Shown here piece after piece: positions 10,976 through 23,231 of a stretch of 64,000 nt of DNA; the first letter of the stretch is position 1; every line of letters begins with the position of its first letter. The stretch comes from Podarcis muralis. Taxonomy: Eukaryota. Location of the stretch: positions 24,986,001 through 25,050,000 of the forward strand of contig NC_135667.1 of assembly GCF_964188315.1 (NCBI RefSeq), given 5' to 3'. The notes beneath the pieces were generated by a model. That model had not been told where the DNA came from, did no database searches, and worked only from the letters and a program-made list of their open reading frames with translations. A program made the translations under genes and the position numbers.

Positions 10976-13142
10976 AGATCTATCGCCCAGACTGTGTCCC
11001 TGGACTGTGTGCAGACTGTGATGAACTGTCCTCAGAGTGTGTTCTGGACTGTGCCAGATTGCTGTGTGATTCCTGGCAAGAACTGTTTCGGCTGGAGGAC
11101 AATGGAATGTAAATCGGGTCCTCCCTTAAAGAGGGTATGTGTTGCGGTTGGACATGGCAACCTAACCCTGTGTTGTGGGTGGGTATGTTTGGACAGCACA
11201 ACACCCAAGTGGTAGGTCCCTTGATGCAGGGTTCAATCAGGCCAATGGGATACAGGCTAAACGGATCAAGGGACCTATATATACCTATGCACATGATCCA
11301 GAGCTTCCTCTTTTGGTGCGTGCATCGGAACACCAGCAACGTGTCCGCTGCGAGCCGAGAGAGAGCACAATCTACTTTGATGATCTGCTTGTTGAATCTG
11401 TTTCTTTTTATTCCCCCTTTTCCCCCAGTTTCTCCTTTACTCATTATTCCCTTGATTTAATTTCCCCTCCATGCCTTGCCTTTCCCTTTTCCCCTTGGGA
11501 GGCTTTCTGCCTCATGGGGCTTCGGCCCCTTGAGCTTTGAGCTTGCCGCTGCCTCTGTTCAGCCAGATGGCTTCGCTCATTCTCTGGCTGCGGCTGCAGC
11601 GTTGGGGCTTAGAAATTCAAGTTGATTTCATTTTTAGTGCAGAGAGTCCCCTCTTTGAGCGGTTGCCTTTTATTCTGCTTACAGTCTGTGGGGAATTGCT
11701 CTGGGCTGGAAACCTGCCCCCCCCCCAAAGTGACCCGACTGTCATTTTGCACCTTCTTCTTGTAGGGGTGCCGGGTCTTTTGGTGGGAGCGCCATCTTGT
11801 TTTCGCGGGAGCGCCATCTTAATTGTGTGGATCAATTTTGCTTTGTTCTGTAACCATACTGAGAAAAGTATCCATCATGCTGTCCATTGCCTTGGTGCAA
11901 TGGATGCAATTCTGTCACCAGAAAGCAAAGCACACAGAGGAAGATGGATGGGATGGGAGGAGGAAGAGGATGAATGGCTTTCATCCTAGCTAGCTCACTT
12001 CTGCCCCAGTTCCTCCTCAATGTATGTGAAAGGAGGGAAATGGGGTATTTGCCATCACACTCTTAAAAAAGACTCAAGGTAAAGCAGTTATGGGTAAATG
12101 GTTAATATGATTTGGGAACTTTAATAAGCTAGTGGTTATCTCAGTCATTTATTTATTTATACAATTCAAAGGTGCACACTGTATGAAGGGAGAAAGATGG
12201 CGTCACATTATCAGTGGTCAAGAAGAATCTAAAACACACACATATCACGAAAATATCACTATAATACATCAGAATGCACCTTTAGTTCAGAGATTTGTTT
12301 CTTCTCCTGAAGAAAAAAAAAAAAGCCCCTTGTAAAATCTTCTGGGAATCATTGCTCTGGGGAAGTTTCTGTTATGTTGTGTGGGTTTAGTTATTAAACC
12401 ATAAGCCATAGATTTCCCCTTTGAATTTTATTCATTTATGGTACAGGATGCCCAGTGAAGTCCAGTGTCCTACTTGAGGAATTTGTTTTTCCATTGATTG
12501 TAAATGGTGACCAATAAAGCTGCTGGAGCTGAAAGAAGATCTGATATGGGATTAAAAACCGAATTGTCTTTTGCTGTGTAGTTTTTCATTTTGTTTTGCT
12601 AAATCAAATATTCTGTATCACACCTATTTTTCTTCATTTTTCAATAAACCTTGTTCGAGTGTTAATTCATGGTGCATGTATGTGGGTGGTTGGGGGGGGG
12701 GGGAGTGCAAACCAGGGATGCTTCTGTTGCATCTTATCCCACCTCAAAAATACATGAATTGTTTAAAAATCAATCCCTCTCCCCAGGTAACTATGCTATT
12801 TGGAGCTCTCCTGGGAGGATAGACTCCTAAAAACTCTTGTCTTTTTGTTTAAATACAGAACCCCTGTTAAGTGTCTAAACTTCACCTAAAGAACAGCAAG
12901 TTATTGCTCTAGAATTCTCGGAAAGTTGTAATAGTGGCCCATAAATAAATAATTAATAGAACTTACACATATAAAATGTCTCACAAAATCTATGGAAATG
13001 ACAAAAGATGAATAGTTAATATTGAGGAAGGTCCTATTTCAAAATATAAAGGGGTATATCTAAGTTTACGTGGCAGACCTCAAATTCCCATTTAGTGTTT
13101 CCATGTTTAACATTTTTTTAAAAAGAATTTGGAACTGATTAA

Positions 13143-14096
13143 TCATGCTACAAGCTGTTTTAATTTTCTGGGTATTTTCCAGATTGCCAGCTGGATGTCC
13201 TTGTTCCTGAGGCTATAAATAATGGGATTAAGAACCGGTGGTAAAACTGTATATAATACAGCAGAAACCAAGTCCACAGTGGGGGAAGAAAGTGCTTTTG
13301 GTCTCATGTATGAAAACACAGCTGTGATGATGAATAAAGAAAAGACAGTCAGGTGAGGAGTACAGGTAGAAAAAGCTTTATATCTGCCTTGGACAGATGG
13401 GATCCTCAGCACAGCAGAAAATATGTAGCCATAGGAAGTAAAGATGAAGGTAAAAAAGAAAGAGTCCAGAAAAAACCCAAGGACAAGAATTAGAATTTGA
13501 TTCACTTTTGTATCACTGCAAGAAATCTTTTGCAATTGAGGAATGTCACAAAAATATTGCCCAATCATATTGGTTCCACAGAAATTTAGTATGAAAGTAA
13601 AACTTGTTTCCAGTACTGCATGGATCAGGCTGCCTATCCAGCAGGTAGCTGCCAATTGGATACAGGCATCCCGATTCATGATTAAGGTATATTGTAGTGG
13701 ACGGCAGATTGCTACGTAACGGTCATAAGCCATAACAGTGAGCAAGGCAAGCTCCCCACCAACAAATGTGACCACTAAGAAGACCTGTGTGACACATCCC
13801 GCAAAAGAAATCATGTTGTTGTTTGTCAATGAAATGACGATGGATTTGGGCACAGTGGTGGAGATGGAGCACACATCAAACAATGACAGGTTGGTTAAAA
13901 AGAAGTACATCGGGCTGTGAAGGTGGCGGTCTAGGGCCACAGCTGTGATGATGAGAGAATTTCCCACTAAAGCTGTTAAGTAAATGAAGAGAAACATTGC
14001 AGAATGCAAAATCTGCAAATCACGGGTTTCAGAAAACCCCATGAGAAGGAACTCTGTTGGAGTAGATTGGTTAGCCATTTCTCTCATTTCTGTCAT
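13143..14096 (-). CDS. Olfactory receptor, family 14-like (317 aa subtype)
   Basis: Intact ORF, close paralog of 1155-2108. Confidence 0.96.
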   Translation of the reverse strand: MTEMREMANQSTPTEFLLMGFSETRDLQILHSAMFLFIYLTALVGNSLIITAVALDRHLHSPMYFFLTNLSLFDVCSISTTVPKSIVISLTNNNMISFAGCVTQVFLVVTFVGGELALLTVMAYDRYVAICRPLQYTLIMNRDACIQLAATCWIGSLIHAVLETSFTFILNFCGTNMIGQYFCDIPQLQKISCSDTKVNQILILVLGFFLDSFFFTFIFTSYGYIFSAVLRIPSVQGRYKAFSTCTPHLTVFSLFIITAVFSYMRPKALSSPTVDLVSAVLYTVLPPVLNPIIYSLRNKDIQLAIWKIPRKLKQLVA

Positions 14097-16852
14097 TCTG
14101 CAAATAGAAGTTAAATAATTTTAAGTTAGTGGCGCTTATAAATTTTTGGACTTTCTTTTTTTTAAAAAAGATCACATAGTCATTGCTCTAGTGCACAACT
14201 ACACATCTATCCAAATCAACAACCAAGTATGCACACTATCAATTGTTGATGTATTCTTTCATCCTGATATGACATGAAGCCTAATGGGGATAGTATGTAC
14301 ACTCACATATTTTCAGCTAATATGATTTATCCACCCTCAAAGACTGGGTACATACATATACTTTCTAAGCCATGTGCCACATGATGTAAATGGTGCAGTT
14401 TTTACAGAAGTCTTCCATTTTGCCATCAAATGTACATAAACCATTTTATGAAACATGTAACATTGGGGGGGGGGGGAGAGATCATACTGAATTAACTAGA
14501 TGGGGTAAAGGAACCACCATTCTAGAAAGCTGATATGAAATTTCATATAAAACGAAAAACCCAAAAGTGTTGAAATTTGGAAAGATTGCATTATGTGTAT
14601 TCTCAGTGAGGCTTTTCTATTTCTCCCTAAATACTTTAGTAATGTAAAACATGGAAATGGAAGCTTTCTTCAAGTATATTGGAATAAAAAATTGTCAGAT
14701 CTCAAATATTTGGAGGTTTTCCATCAGAAATAAATAACAAAAAGCTATCATGCGAGTGTATGTGTTTTAAAAGGTGCTCTCCATCCCCCCCCCAATTGAA
14801 CAACAGCATTGCAATTCACATATTACCTAAGAGCAATGAAGAATCAGCCTGAATGAATTAAGTTCCAGGAATGAAGACTGATTGCCGGAATACTGAAACA
14901 GCAAAGATTTCAACAACCTGCAAGGAGAATTGAAAAAAACCCCAAAACTATATTTTATTTATTTCTAGAAACATAGCCCATGGAAACACCAGAAGATGCC
15001 TATACTCTATGTGCAGGCAGAATCATATCAAGTTCTACCCTATTAAAATAATACAAGAAGAGAAGGGATGGACTTCCTTTAATTCCATTTGAATAAGTAA
15101 CTTCTTTTCTAGTGATTATATTACCATATATTATAATTCATTTCATTTTTGTAAAAAAATGGAAAAGATAACCCAGATGAGAGCATCTCCCAATTAATTT
15201 GTGTCAAATGCAAATCTAATGAGCCGAGAAGATGAAGACTGCACACTGAATCATTAAAAGTTTCCTATTGTCAGAAAAGCCATAGAATGCCAGAATATCT
15301 GCCTACCATCATTGTTGCTATGAACAAGAGAATCATGGAAGCACTTAACTCAATCCACTATCACATTCTTTGGGAAGCAAATGTGAGTTGTCCATATTCC
15401 AGGTGAAATATTTCTCTGTGCAGTTTCCCCAAGGTTTCTGTTGCCTTCTCCTATAGATAAAAGAAATGATTTTTTTTAAAAAGAAAAACACAAGAAGTCC
15501 ATTTTATGATAGTATGATAATATCAGCATTAAACCAACTACTGGATGAATCATTTCACAATCTCTTCAGAATTGAAAGCTTGAGCATCCTTGAATCCCTT
15601 CTGTTTCTTTAAAATGAACAATAAGGATTGTACTCACTGCTGTTTCTCTCAGAAGATTAGAGTGCCAATGTGCTTGACGGGGATATTTATTTGAAGGTAC
15701 ATGGGTTGCCAGGAGGAGGTGATGTCATCCTCCTTTCCTGTGCTATTTCAGGGTCTCTCTTGGGAGAACATACCAGTCCCATGATGCTGTGCAAAACAAA
15801 TGTTGTCCATTTCCCTACTAGTTCTTTTAATATGCATAAGAATATAAGAGTCTGCTGGATCAATCCAGAAAGCAATGGACACAAAGGGAGCTGAGGAGGA
15901 GAAAGACTCAACCTAGCCAGCCCAGTTCTGCCCCAGATACTCCTCAATATATGTGAAAAGGAAGACAATCAGGAGAAGAGTGATATCGCATCAGAGTATT
16001 TCTACCCAGTCCTTGTATGCTAATGTTTTCTCATTCATTAATTTCTGCCACTGAAATGTACATAATGTATAAATGAAAAGAAGTGGCAATGTTTCATGGA
16101 CAACAGAAATCCAAAACACGCAAACCAATATAAATATCAGCATGTTTCATTCCCCAGTTCAGGAAATTCATTGTTCTCAGATATCCAAACAAAGATGCCA
16201 TTGCAAAATCTCTTGGGAATCTTTGCTCCAGGGAAATTTATGCTTTCCCATGTTGGTGCCATTTGAATTAATTCATGTTTGCTGAAGGATGTCCGGTGAG
16301 GCACAATATTTTACTCCTAGAATTTATTTGGCCCTTCTGTTTTTTCATGGATTTTAAACTGTAGCAAAGAAAACAGCAGGAACTAAAAGAAAGATGAAAA
16401 AGGCTCAAAAAATAGTATGCAAGGATAATTTTCCCCCCCTTATAGTGCATACCTAAATTTTGTATAACATCACAACTATTTTTATTGTCCTCTCTCCCCA
16501 CCTCATCTGTTTGCAAAACTGGCAAATTCTTTCTGATCATGAACTACTTTGAGCTTCCATCAGTGTTCAGCTGAAGAAGCTTAGGTTGCCTTTCATATGA
16601 AGTGTGCTCATCCATCATGTGCACTAGAGCTTACATTTGAAGGTTGGTGCACCCAATGGCAGTAATAGACATTATGGTAGTGCAGTGGCTCTCAATTGAC
16701 CTCGACTCAATTGCATCAGTGCTGCTTAGCAGGAGTTAAGAAGCCTGCACCTGAATGGCTTTCTTTAGTTGTGTCTGTCTCTTCCCTTCTGAAAACTCTC
16801 ACAGCCAAAGTGATAATAATTTAAATTAAAAGATCAGGTGATTGACAGGTAC

Positions 16853-17287
16853 TGTCAGAAGGTCCTACATACGAGTAGGAGTCTGGTAGAGACACATGCC
16901 TGACTGGCATGTTCTCTCCCTCCTGGTCGGTCATTCAGGAGATTCAAAATCTCTCTCCAGCCCGAACATCACAGCGACTGATACTGAATCATCAGCATAC
17001 TTCAGGGTCAGCAGAGTATAGGCAGTCAGCGTTCAGACTCAGTAGCACAGCAATTTGGCTAATCTACGTTTATTTACATATACACACTTGGAGCATCGTA
17101 ACTCAGCTCCTTCCTCTTCAGCATCAGACAGCAAAGAGCAAGAACAGAGGACAAATGTCCTACATCACGGAAACACAGTAATAAAAACATCCTGCCTCTG
17201 TCACTTCCCACTATGTGGAATGAAAACATACAGCATCATGTGATAAAAACAATCCCATGACTGCAACACAGGAAAAGAATCCTAGCA
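16853..17287 (-). mobile_element. Solo LTR (435 bp)
   Basis: TG...CA termini with a 5-bp TSD GGTAC (16848-16852, 17288-17292); empty paralogous sites gacaGGTACatgg at 31605 and 43475; AATAAA on the minus strand near 17070. Confidence 0.9.
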
Positions 17288-17754
17288 GGTACATGGCCTG
17301 CTCAAACTTAGACACCAGCCAGTAGCAGACAGCATAATGGGGTGCTGGCATACACCTGAGCTCTGCTCACTCACACTGCTGCTTACGAAGAATAATCCAG
17401 TAACGACCAGTTGTGCTAGGAACTCAAAAAGAAGTTATCTTCAGGGTTCCATTTAATCCCAATTATCTAGCAATAAGACAAAATGAATTCAGTTGAGCTT
17501 ATTTTGAGCAAACATTGTTTGGATTGCAGAAAAAAGTGATCAGATCAGATTAATTTTATTTGAATCAAATCATCAGATTATCACACATCATTCACATATA
17601 TATATATGTATGTATAGATGTATAGATGTATATATATATCCCCAAAAATATTCGATAACATTTATTGGCATTGATAAATGTATTTTCCCCAACAAAAATT
17701 CCTTCTTGACTTCCCACTCCTCCTTTCCTGCTTTTTAAAAAAGCCTCTCCTCCT

Positions 17755-18184
17755 ACCATAGACGTGCCACGCCCCTCCCTGGTTGGGCACCCAATAGGGA
17801 AGCTCGGCGGGTGCGTGGCTTGCCGTTCAAATGCGGCCGCGCCAGCCATCCCTGCCATTGCACACACATTTTCTTCAATGCCCGTGTGGCATTTGCTTCA
17901 ATGCCCGTGTGGCAGGGGGCCATGGCACGACCCTCGGTGACATCAGGAGAGAGCCTATAGTTGTATTAGCATCAACAGGCTCCACCTTCTGGTGAATAAA
18001 CCCCCTTTGGGCTCACCCCTCTCCGAGTGGGTGGAGTCTAATGTTCCGTGGTCCAATGCCTAAGCCAATACCTTCTCATATGCTGCAATCAATAAAGTTG
18101 TGGCCTTTTCCTTACCCATTAACCTTACATACTGTGTCCACGTGTCTTTATTCCCCAAGCGGGGATCGGGTCCTCAAATCACAA
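17755..18184 (+). mobile_element. Non-coding YR-family derivative (3' module), 5' boundary approximate
   Basis: gggccatggcacgaccctc...ccaatgcctaagccaatacc...caatcaataaagttgtggcc...cccattaacctt...gcgggga...tcacaa matches the 3' ends of 24781-25577 and 31780-33987. Confidence 0.75.
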
Positions 18185-18189
18185 ACTGA

Positions 18190-18815
18190 CTTTTACAATA
18201 CATATGTTTTTATTCTCTGAAATTCACTATCATTAGATCTTTCAGTAATCCAATCCTGTCCCCAACTTCATGTATGGGTGATACTTTGAAAGATCCATGA
18301 TTGGCCTCCATTCTTCCTTATGCACTTCCTCCTTATGTTTTCTTAGTTTGGTGGTTAATTTTTGCAATTTCAGCAAAGTCTATTTATTTCATAAGCCAAT
18401 TCTCCTTCCTTGGTAATCCTTCTTCTTTCCACTTCTGTGCATATAAAGTTGTAGCTGCTGTTGCATATAAAAATAAATTGGTCAATTTTGGGGTGGGGGT
18501 GGGGGACTTCCATTCCTGTTATTCCTAGCAGAAAGGCTTCAGGGGCAGGTTTGTGTTTTTTTAAAAGGAATTATCAGTCTAAACATCATTTTCAACTCAT
18601 TATATATAATTTCCCAAAAATAGCTTTTTCTCAGGACCACTACATGTGATAAGATGACCATTCCTCCTGTTGGCATTTCCAGCACATATTTGGAACATTT
18701 TAATACATTTTTGCTAACTTATTATGGTTCTAAGTACCACTTATGCATTATTTTCATATAACATGCACTAAATTTCAGATATACTTTCCAAAGTCTCTCC
18801 CATGCAGTCATCACT
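18190..18815 (-). mobile_element. L1-type LINE ORF2 3' fragment
   Basis: Frameshifted WERLWKVYLKFSACY..MKIMHKWYL, CWKCQQEE..YHM (CCHC knuckle), FWEIIYNEL..PEAFLLGI, YAQKWKEE. Confidence 0.8.
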
Positions 18816-18819
18816 TGGC

Positions 18820-19340
18820 AGGTTCTGATTTTATACCACAGCAAGGAAAACATGTCTATAAACTCCCCATTAAGAATACGCTCACTTTTTTTTACTTTTT
18901 TTTTTTTTTTGCAAGCAAATCCCACAGGGCTGATCCATACGTTTAAAATTACTCTCTCTAATGTGCTTCCCTGGAGTCTAAGCCCTCGTCGCCAAAAGGG
19001 GCTATGACACCATTGTCATGCCTGTGCCTCTTATTTCTACTTTTCCAGACCCATTTTGGGAGACCAGGCAATTTAGCTGTTGTGACCCAGTACCCCTTAA
19101 TCTGGTCCTCATAGTCCATGTCTGAGTAGTCAGACCTACGTGAGGAATCCAATGAATCTGATGAGTCCCATCTGGACTTGCATCCTCTTCTCTTGGTTCT
19201 GTGGGGTCTTGTTCTCTTGCACCGAGACCTATGTGGTTCAGGGCTCAAAGAATTGTCAGATAGGTTAGAGGTGGAAGGAGACCTACAATTGGGCCGAGAC
19301 ATCTGTGAATGGCAGTAGGGAGAATGTGATCTCACTGTGC
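18820..19340 (-). mobile_element. DIRS/Ngaro-type ORF1 (gag-like) remnant
   Basis: SPVGF...ERILNGEFIDMFSLL resembles the SPLG..L...KEKI..GE.ID.FSLL motif of vertebrate DIRS-order ORF1; preceded by the Ser/Arg-rich ORF 18958-19335. Confidence 0.65.
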
Positions 19341-19552
19341 ATGCCTCAACCCACTCTTGATGCTTTTGAAGGCAGACAATAGTTCTGTCCCTAGAGACTG
19401 AGCAGGAGGAATATTCACTTGAATAAGAGTAATGTTTGAAGTCATGTTGAGGCCTGCTGTGATGCCACTCTGGGGGAGAAACGCAGCAGGGTTATAGTGT
19501 CCCCTGGTGAAGCCCAGAAAAGGCCCATTGGCTTTGCTTGGAATTAATTGTG

Positions 19553-20090
19553 AACCTGCAAGCTTGGCATTATGAACATAGAATCGAGAGTATATAACAC
19601 ATGGGGCTTTTGGGGATGAAGAGCTGCAACAAGGTGGCTAAAGCAAAGAGCTGTGGGCTCTTTAATGCTGCCACACTTTGCTCTCAAATACTCAAAAACG
19701 CTGCATCGCTCTAGCAAGACACCGCAAGGGAGGGTCCTTCAATGAGGCCTCCAGACAGTTGAAGCTGGCTAGGAAGGCAGTGGCAGTGGGCAAAAAACAG
19801 GTGCTCCTAGCTGGCGCTCAAAAGGTGGGATAAAGATTGTGAAGGGATGGTGATGCATTGCTCCTGATGCTCTGAGCTGACTGTGCTGCCAGCGTCAGCT
19901 CTGGGCCCCTTTTATGCTTCTGGAGCAGGCTGCTGTGGATAGCCTGGAATGTGAATTGGGTTTGGTGAACCCATTCAGTACTGTGGTGGCCAGAAGAGCT
20001 GAGCAACGGTTGGCAGAACAGCATGGCTTCAGGAGGATGAGGAAATCGTGCGCTGTGCTGCAAATTCCACCCACCGCAGGACCAAGTGAG
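19553..20090. repeat. Partial tRNA-SINE head plus unclassified module
   Basis: Homologous to 34560-35300 and 46545-47290 with a ~200 bp internal deletion. Confidence 0.8.
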
Positions 20091-20365
20091 CAGCCATTTT
20101 CATATAACATGCACTAAATTTAAAATATACTTTCCAAAGTTTCTCCCAAACAGTCATCTCTATGCTTTGCCATAGGCCCAATATACGTCTTTTTACGAAG
20201 CACTATTGCTATTTTTAATAATAAATGCATTTTTATTCACTCTTTACCTGAGTACATTCATTCTGAACAACAGGAGATGGGCTGGAAGAGGAGGGCATCA
20301 CTCAAAAGTGGGCACTAGAAATTTGCACAAAAAATTGTGATATGTGTGACACACAACTTGAGCAA

Positions 20366-20548
20366 TAATGCTAGGAGACTTCTAATTCTTTTTGGTATTT
20401 TCAGCTTGGCCTCTTGGATATCTTTATTCCTAAAGCTATAAATAATGGGATTCAGTAATGGTGGCAAAACATTATACAATGCAGCAGAGAACAAATCCAT
20501 TGTTGTAGAAGAAAGTGCTTTCATGTATGAAAACACAGCTGTGCTCAG
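20366..20548 (-). pseudogene. OR14-like 3' fragment (TM6-C terminus)
   Basis: LSTAVFSYMKALSSTTMDLFSAALYNVLPPLLNPIIYSFRNKDIQEA..KIPKRIRSLLA; RP deleted, stop lost, 5' part absent. Confidence 0.9.
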
Positions 20549-20699
20549 ACAGCAGCTCAATGTTGGCCATACTTGCCCACAATGGATCTCCACGGATTTA
20601 GACAGAAGTATTTGTTCAACCTACCTGTATGTTACAGAGACTGAACTTGGGACTTTTCCCATGCATTGTATGTTCTTTACCAGAGCTGAACAAAGGTAT

Positions 20700-20841
20700 T
20701 AGCTAAAAAGGCCCCCTGAACCAATACCGCTCACATTGTGTAATCAATAAAGATGTGGCCTAAATTTTGCCCATCAACCTTTAAACTAAAATACGTGTGT
20801 CAATTCATTTATAGGGGTGACCTGGGGTTCTCAAAGTGCAA
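20700..20841 (+). mobile_element. Short 3' terminus of YR-family element
   Basis: ccaataccgctcacattgtgtaatcaataaagatgtggcctaaattttgcccatcaacc...ctggggttctcaaagtgcaa parallels the end of 31780-33987. Confidence 0.7.
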
Positions 20842-21352
20842 ATAGCATGTTTGCAAAACAGTGAAGGAGGAAGGGGCAGATTTTATGTGAGAAATTGAGG
20901 AGTGTGGACTGAATCTAATTCTTTTTTGGAAAGCAAAGCACTTGTGCAAAGATTTTGTTTATCCTGTCCTGTCCTCTACCACTCCCCACTCCAAAAAACC
21001 CAACTGAATAGTTTGGGAGTTGGAATGGGTAAAAACGTCAATTTCATTTTCTCTCAGTTTCTCATTTTCCCAATCTTAAGTTCAGTTTTCCATATTTCCA
21101 TGTCGGTTTGCACAAGCATACACAAACACACACGTGAAGTCAGATTCCCAGTGCAAATTTTTAATACATATGTTGCATGGAATTTTGCATAATATGCATA
21201 TTCAGCTAAATCACAATTCCCCAATATAATTAATCTTTGCATACTATTAAGATTAATACAGGATCTTTAATGGTAAGCAGCCATTTACAAAAACAACCTT
21301 TTTGTGGTTAGGGAAGTGATAGAGAAACACACTGAAAATTGTGGGATAAATG

Positions 21353-21353
21353 G

Positions 21354-21389
<36 letters not shown>
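21353..21389. repeat. (TTGA)n microsatellite
   Basis: Run of gattgatt. Confidence 0.95.
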
Positions 21390-21390
<1 letters not shown>

Positions 21391-21793
21391 GGGGAAGTGA
21401 ATAAGCCCTGCTCAGGCAAATCAGGATGAAATCAGAATAAATGTTATATAGAATCAAAACAGCAATTCATACTTATTGAACTGAACTGACATAGCTCTTT
21501 TAAAAAAGAAATACCAATAAAATGTGCCATGCACACCTACATGCATAACCTAGTTAGTATAGTGCTAGAATAGCACACCTCTAAAACAGTATAGGAGGAA
21601 GGGCCACAGTTATGGGAGAAACTGAGGAGAGAGTATTGGATCCACACATGGTTCAGAGACCTCATCACTTCCGCGAAGACTTATTCTACTCTTCCTCCCA
21701 CCTAACACCCCCACTTAAAAAGAAACCCAATCCAGCATGCTGCGAGTCGCAAGGGTGAATGTGTCAATTTCATTTTCTTTCATTTTATCAGTA

Positions 21794-21986
21794 CAGTGGT
21801 ACCTCGGGTTACATACGCTTCAGGTTACATACGCTTCAGGTTACAGACTCTGCTAACCCAGAAATAGTACCTCAGGTTAAGCAGCAGGAGGCCCCATTAG
21901 CTAAAGTAGTGCTTCAGGTTAAGAACAGTTTCAGGTTAAGAACGGACCTCCGGAACAAATTAAGTACTTAACCCGAGGTACCACTG
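21794..21986. mobile_element. Tc1/pogo-type MITE
   Basis: TIR CAGTGGTACCTCGGGTTA / TAACCCGAGGTACCACTG with TA TSD. Confidence 0.93.
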
Positions 21987-22020
21987 TATTAGATCCAGTT
22001 CCTCGCATTTTCACATCTCT

Positions 22021-22024
<4 letters not shown>

Positions 22025-22082
<58 letters not shown>

Positions 22083-22100
22083 CTGTGTCTGTGTCTGTGT
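22025..22100. repeat. (TC)n/(TG)n microsatellite
   Basis: Long ct run followed by gt/gtgtct repeats. Confidence 0.95.
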
Positions 22101-22295
22101 CCTAATGAAAACTCATCAGACATCATGTGTGAAATTTTCCTAATATACACATTTTATATGCAGATTTGCCCCAAACACATCTATTTGCAAAGCACTATTA
22201 TGTAGTATAATGCATTTTTATGCTATTTTCACTGACATTTGCATTCTTATACAATGCACAGGAATTGTGATGTGTATGAGACACAATGCAAGCAA

Positions 22296-23231
22296 TCATG
22301 CTAGGAGATTTCTAATTCTTTTTGGTATTTTTAACATGGCCTCTTGGATATCTTTATTCCTAAAGCTATAAATAATAGGATTCAGTAAGGGTGGTAAAAC
22401 ATTATACAATACAGCAGAGAGCAAATCCATCATTGTTGAAGAAAGCACTTTAGGTCTCATGTATGAAAACACAGCTGTGCTCATAAATAAAGAAAAGACA
22501 GTCAGATGGGGGATGCAGGTAGAGAAAACTTTATATCTGCCTTGAACAGAAGGGATTCTCAGCACAGCAGAGAAGATGTAGCTATAGGAAACAAAGATGA
22601 ACCCTCCACAAAATGAACCTCCAGTAATTCCAATGACAAGAATCAAAATTTGGTTAACCTTTGTGTCAGTACAAGAAATCTTAAGCAACTGAGGGATATC
22701 ACAGAAATACTGCCCAATAATATTGGACCCACAGAAATGTAGCCTGAAAGTGATAATGGTATGTAATGATGACTGGATTGGGCTGCTTATCCAGGAAGCA
22801 GCTGCCATTTGAATGCAGGCATCCCAGTTCATGATTAGCTCATACTGTAAAGGATGGCAGATTGCAACATAGCGATCATAAGCCATGATAGTGAGCAAGC
22901 CAAGCTCAGACCCTGCAAAGGTCAAAACTAAGAAAACCTGTGCAACACAGCCAGCAAAATAAATCCTTTTGTCATCTGACAAAGAAGCAGCTATGGATTT
23001 GGGGATTGTGGTTGAGATGTAGCAAATGTCTGTTAATGATAGATTGACCAGAAAGAAGTACATCGGAGTGTGTAGTTTGTGGTTCAGGGCAACAGCAATG
23101 GTGATGAGGAAATTCCCCACTAAGACGATTAAATAAATGGAGAGAAATATCACAAAGTAAAACAATTGTTCTTCTTGGTCACTGGAGAAGCCCATCAGAA
23201 GAAATTCTGTCACTGTAGACTGGTTGGCCAT
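22296..23231 (-). CDS. Olfactory receptor, family 14-like (311 aa subtype)
   Basis: Intact ORF with full OR motif set. Confidence 0.96.
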   Translation of the reverse strand: MANQSTVTEFLLMGFSSDQEEQLFYFVIFLSIYLIVLVGNFLITIAVALNHKLHTPMYFFLVNLSLTDICYISTTIPKSIAASLSDDKRIYFAGCVAQVFLVLTFAGSELGLLTIMAYDRYVAICHPLQYELIMNWDACIQMAAASWISSPIQSSLHTIITFRLHFCGSNIIGQYFCDIPQLLKISCTDTKVNQILILVIGITGGSFCGGFIFVSYSYIFSAVLRIPSVQGRYKVFSTCIPHLTVFSLFMSTAVFSYMRPKVLSSTMMDLLSAVLYNVLPPLLNPIIYSFRNKDIQEAMLKIPKRIRNLLA

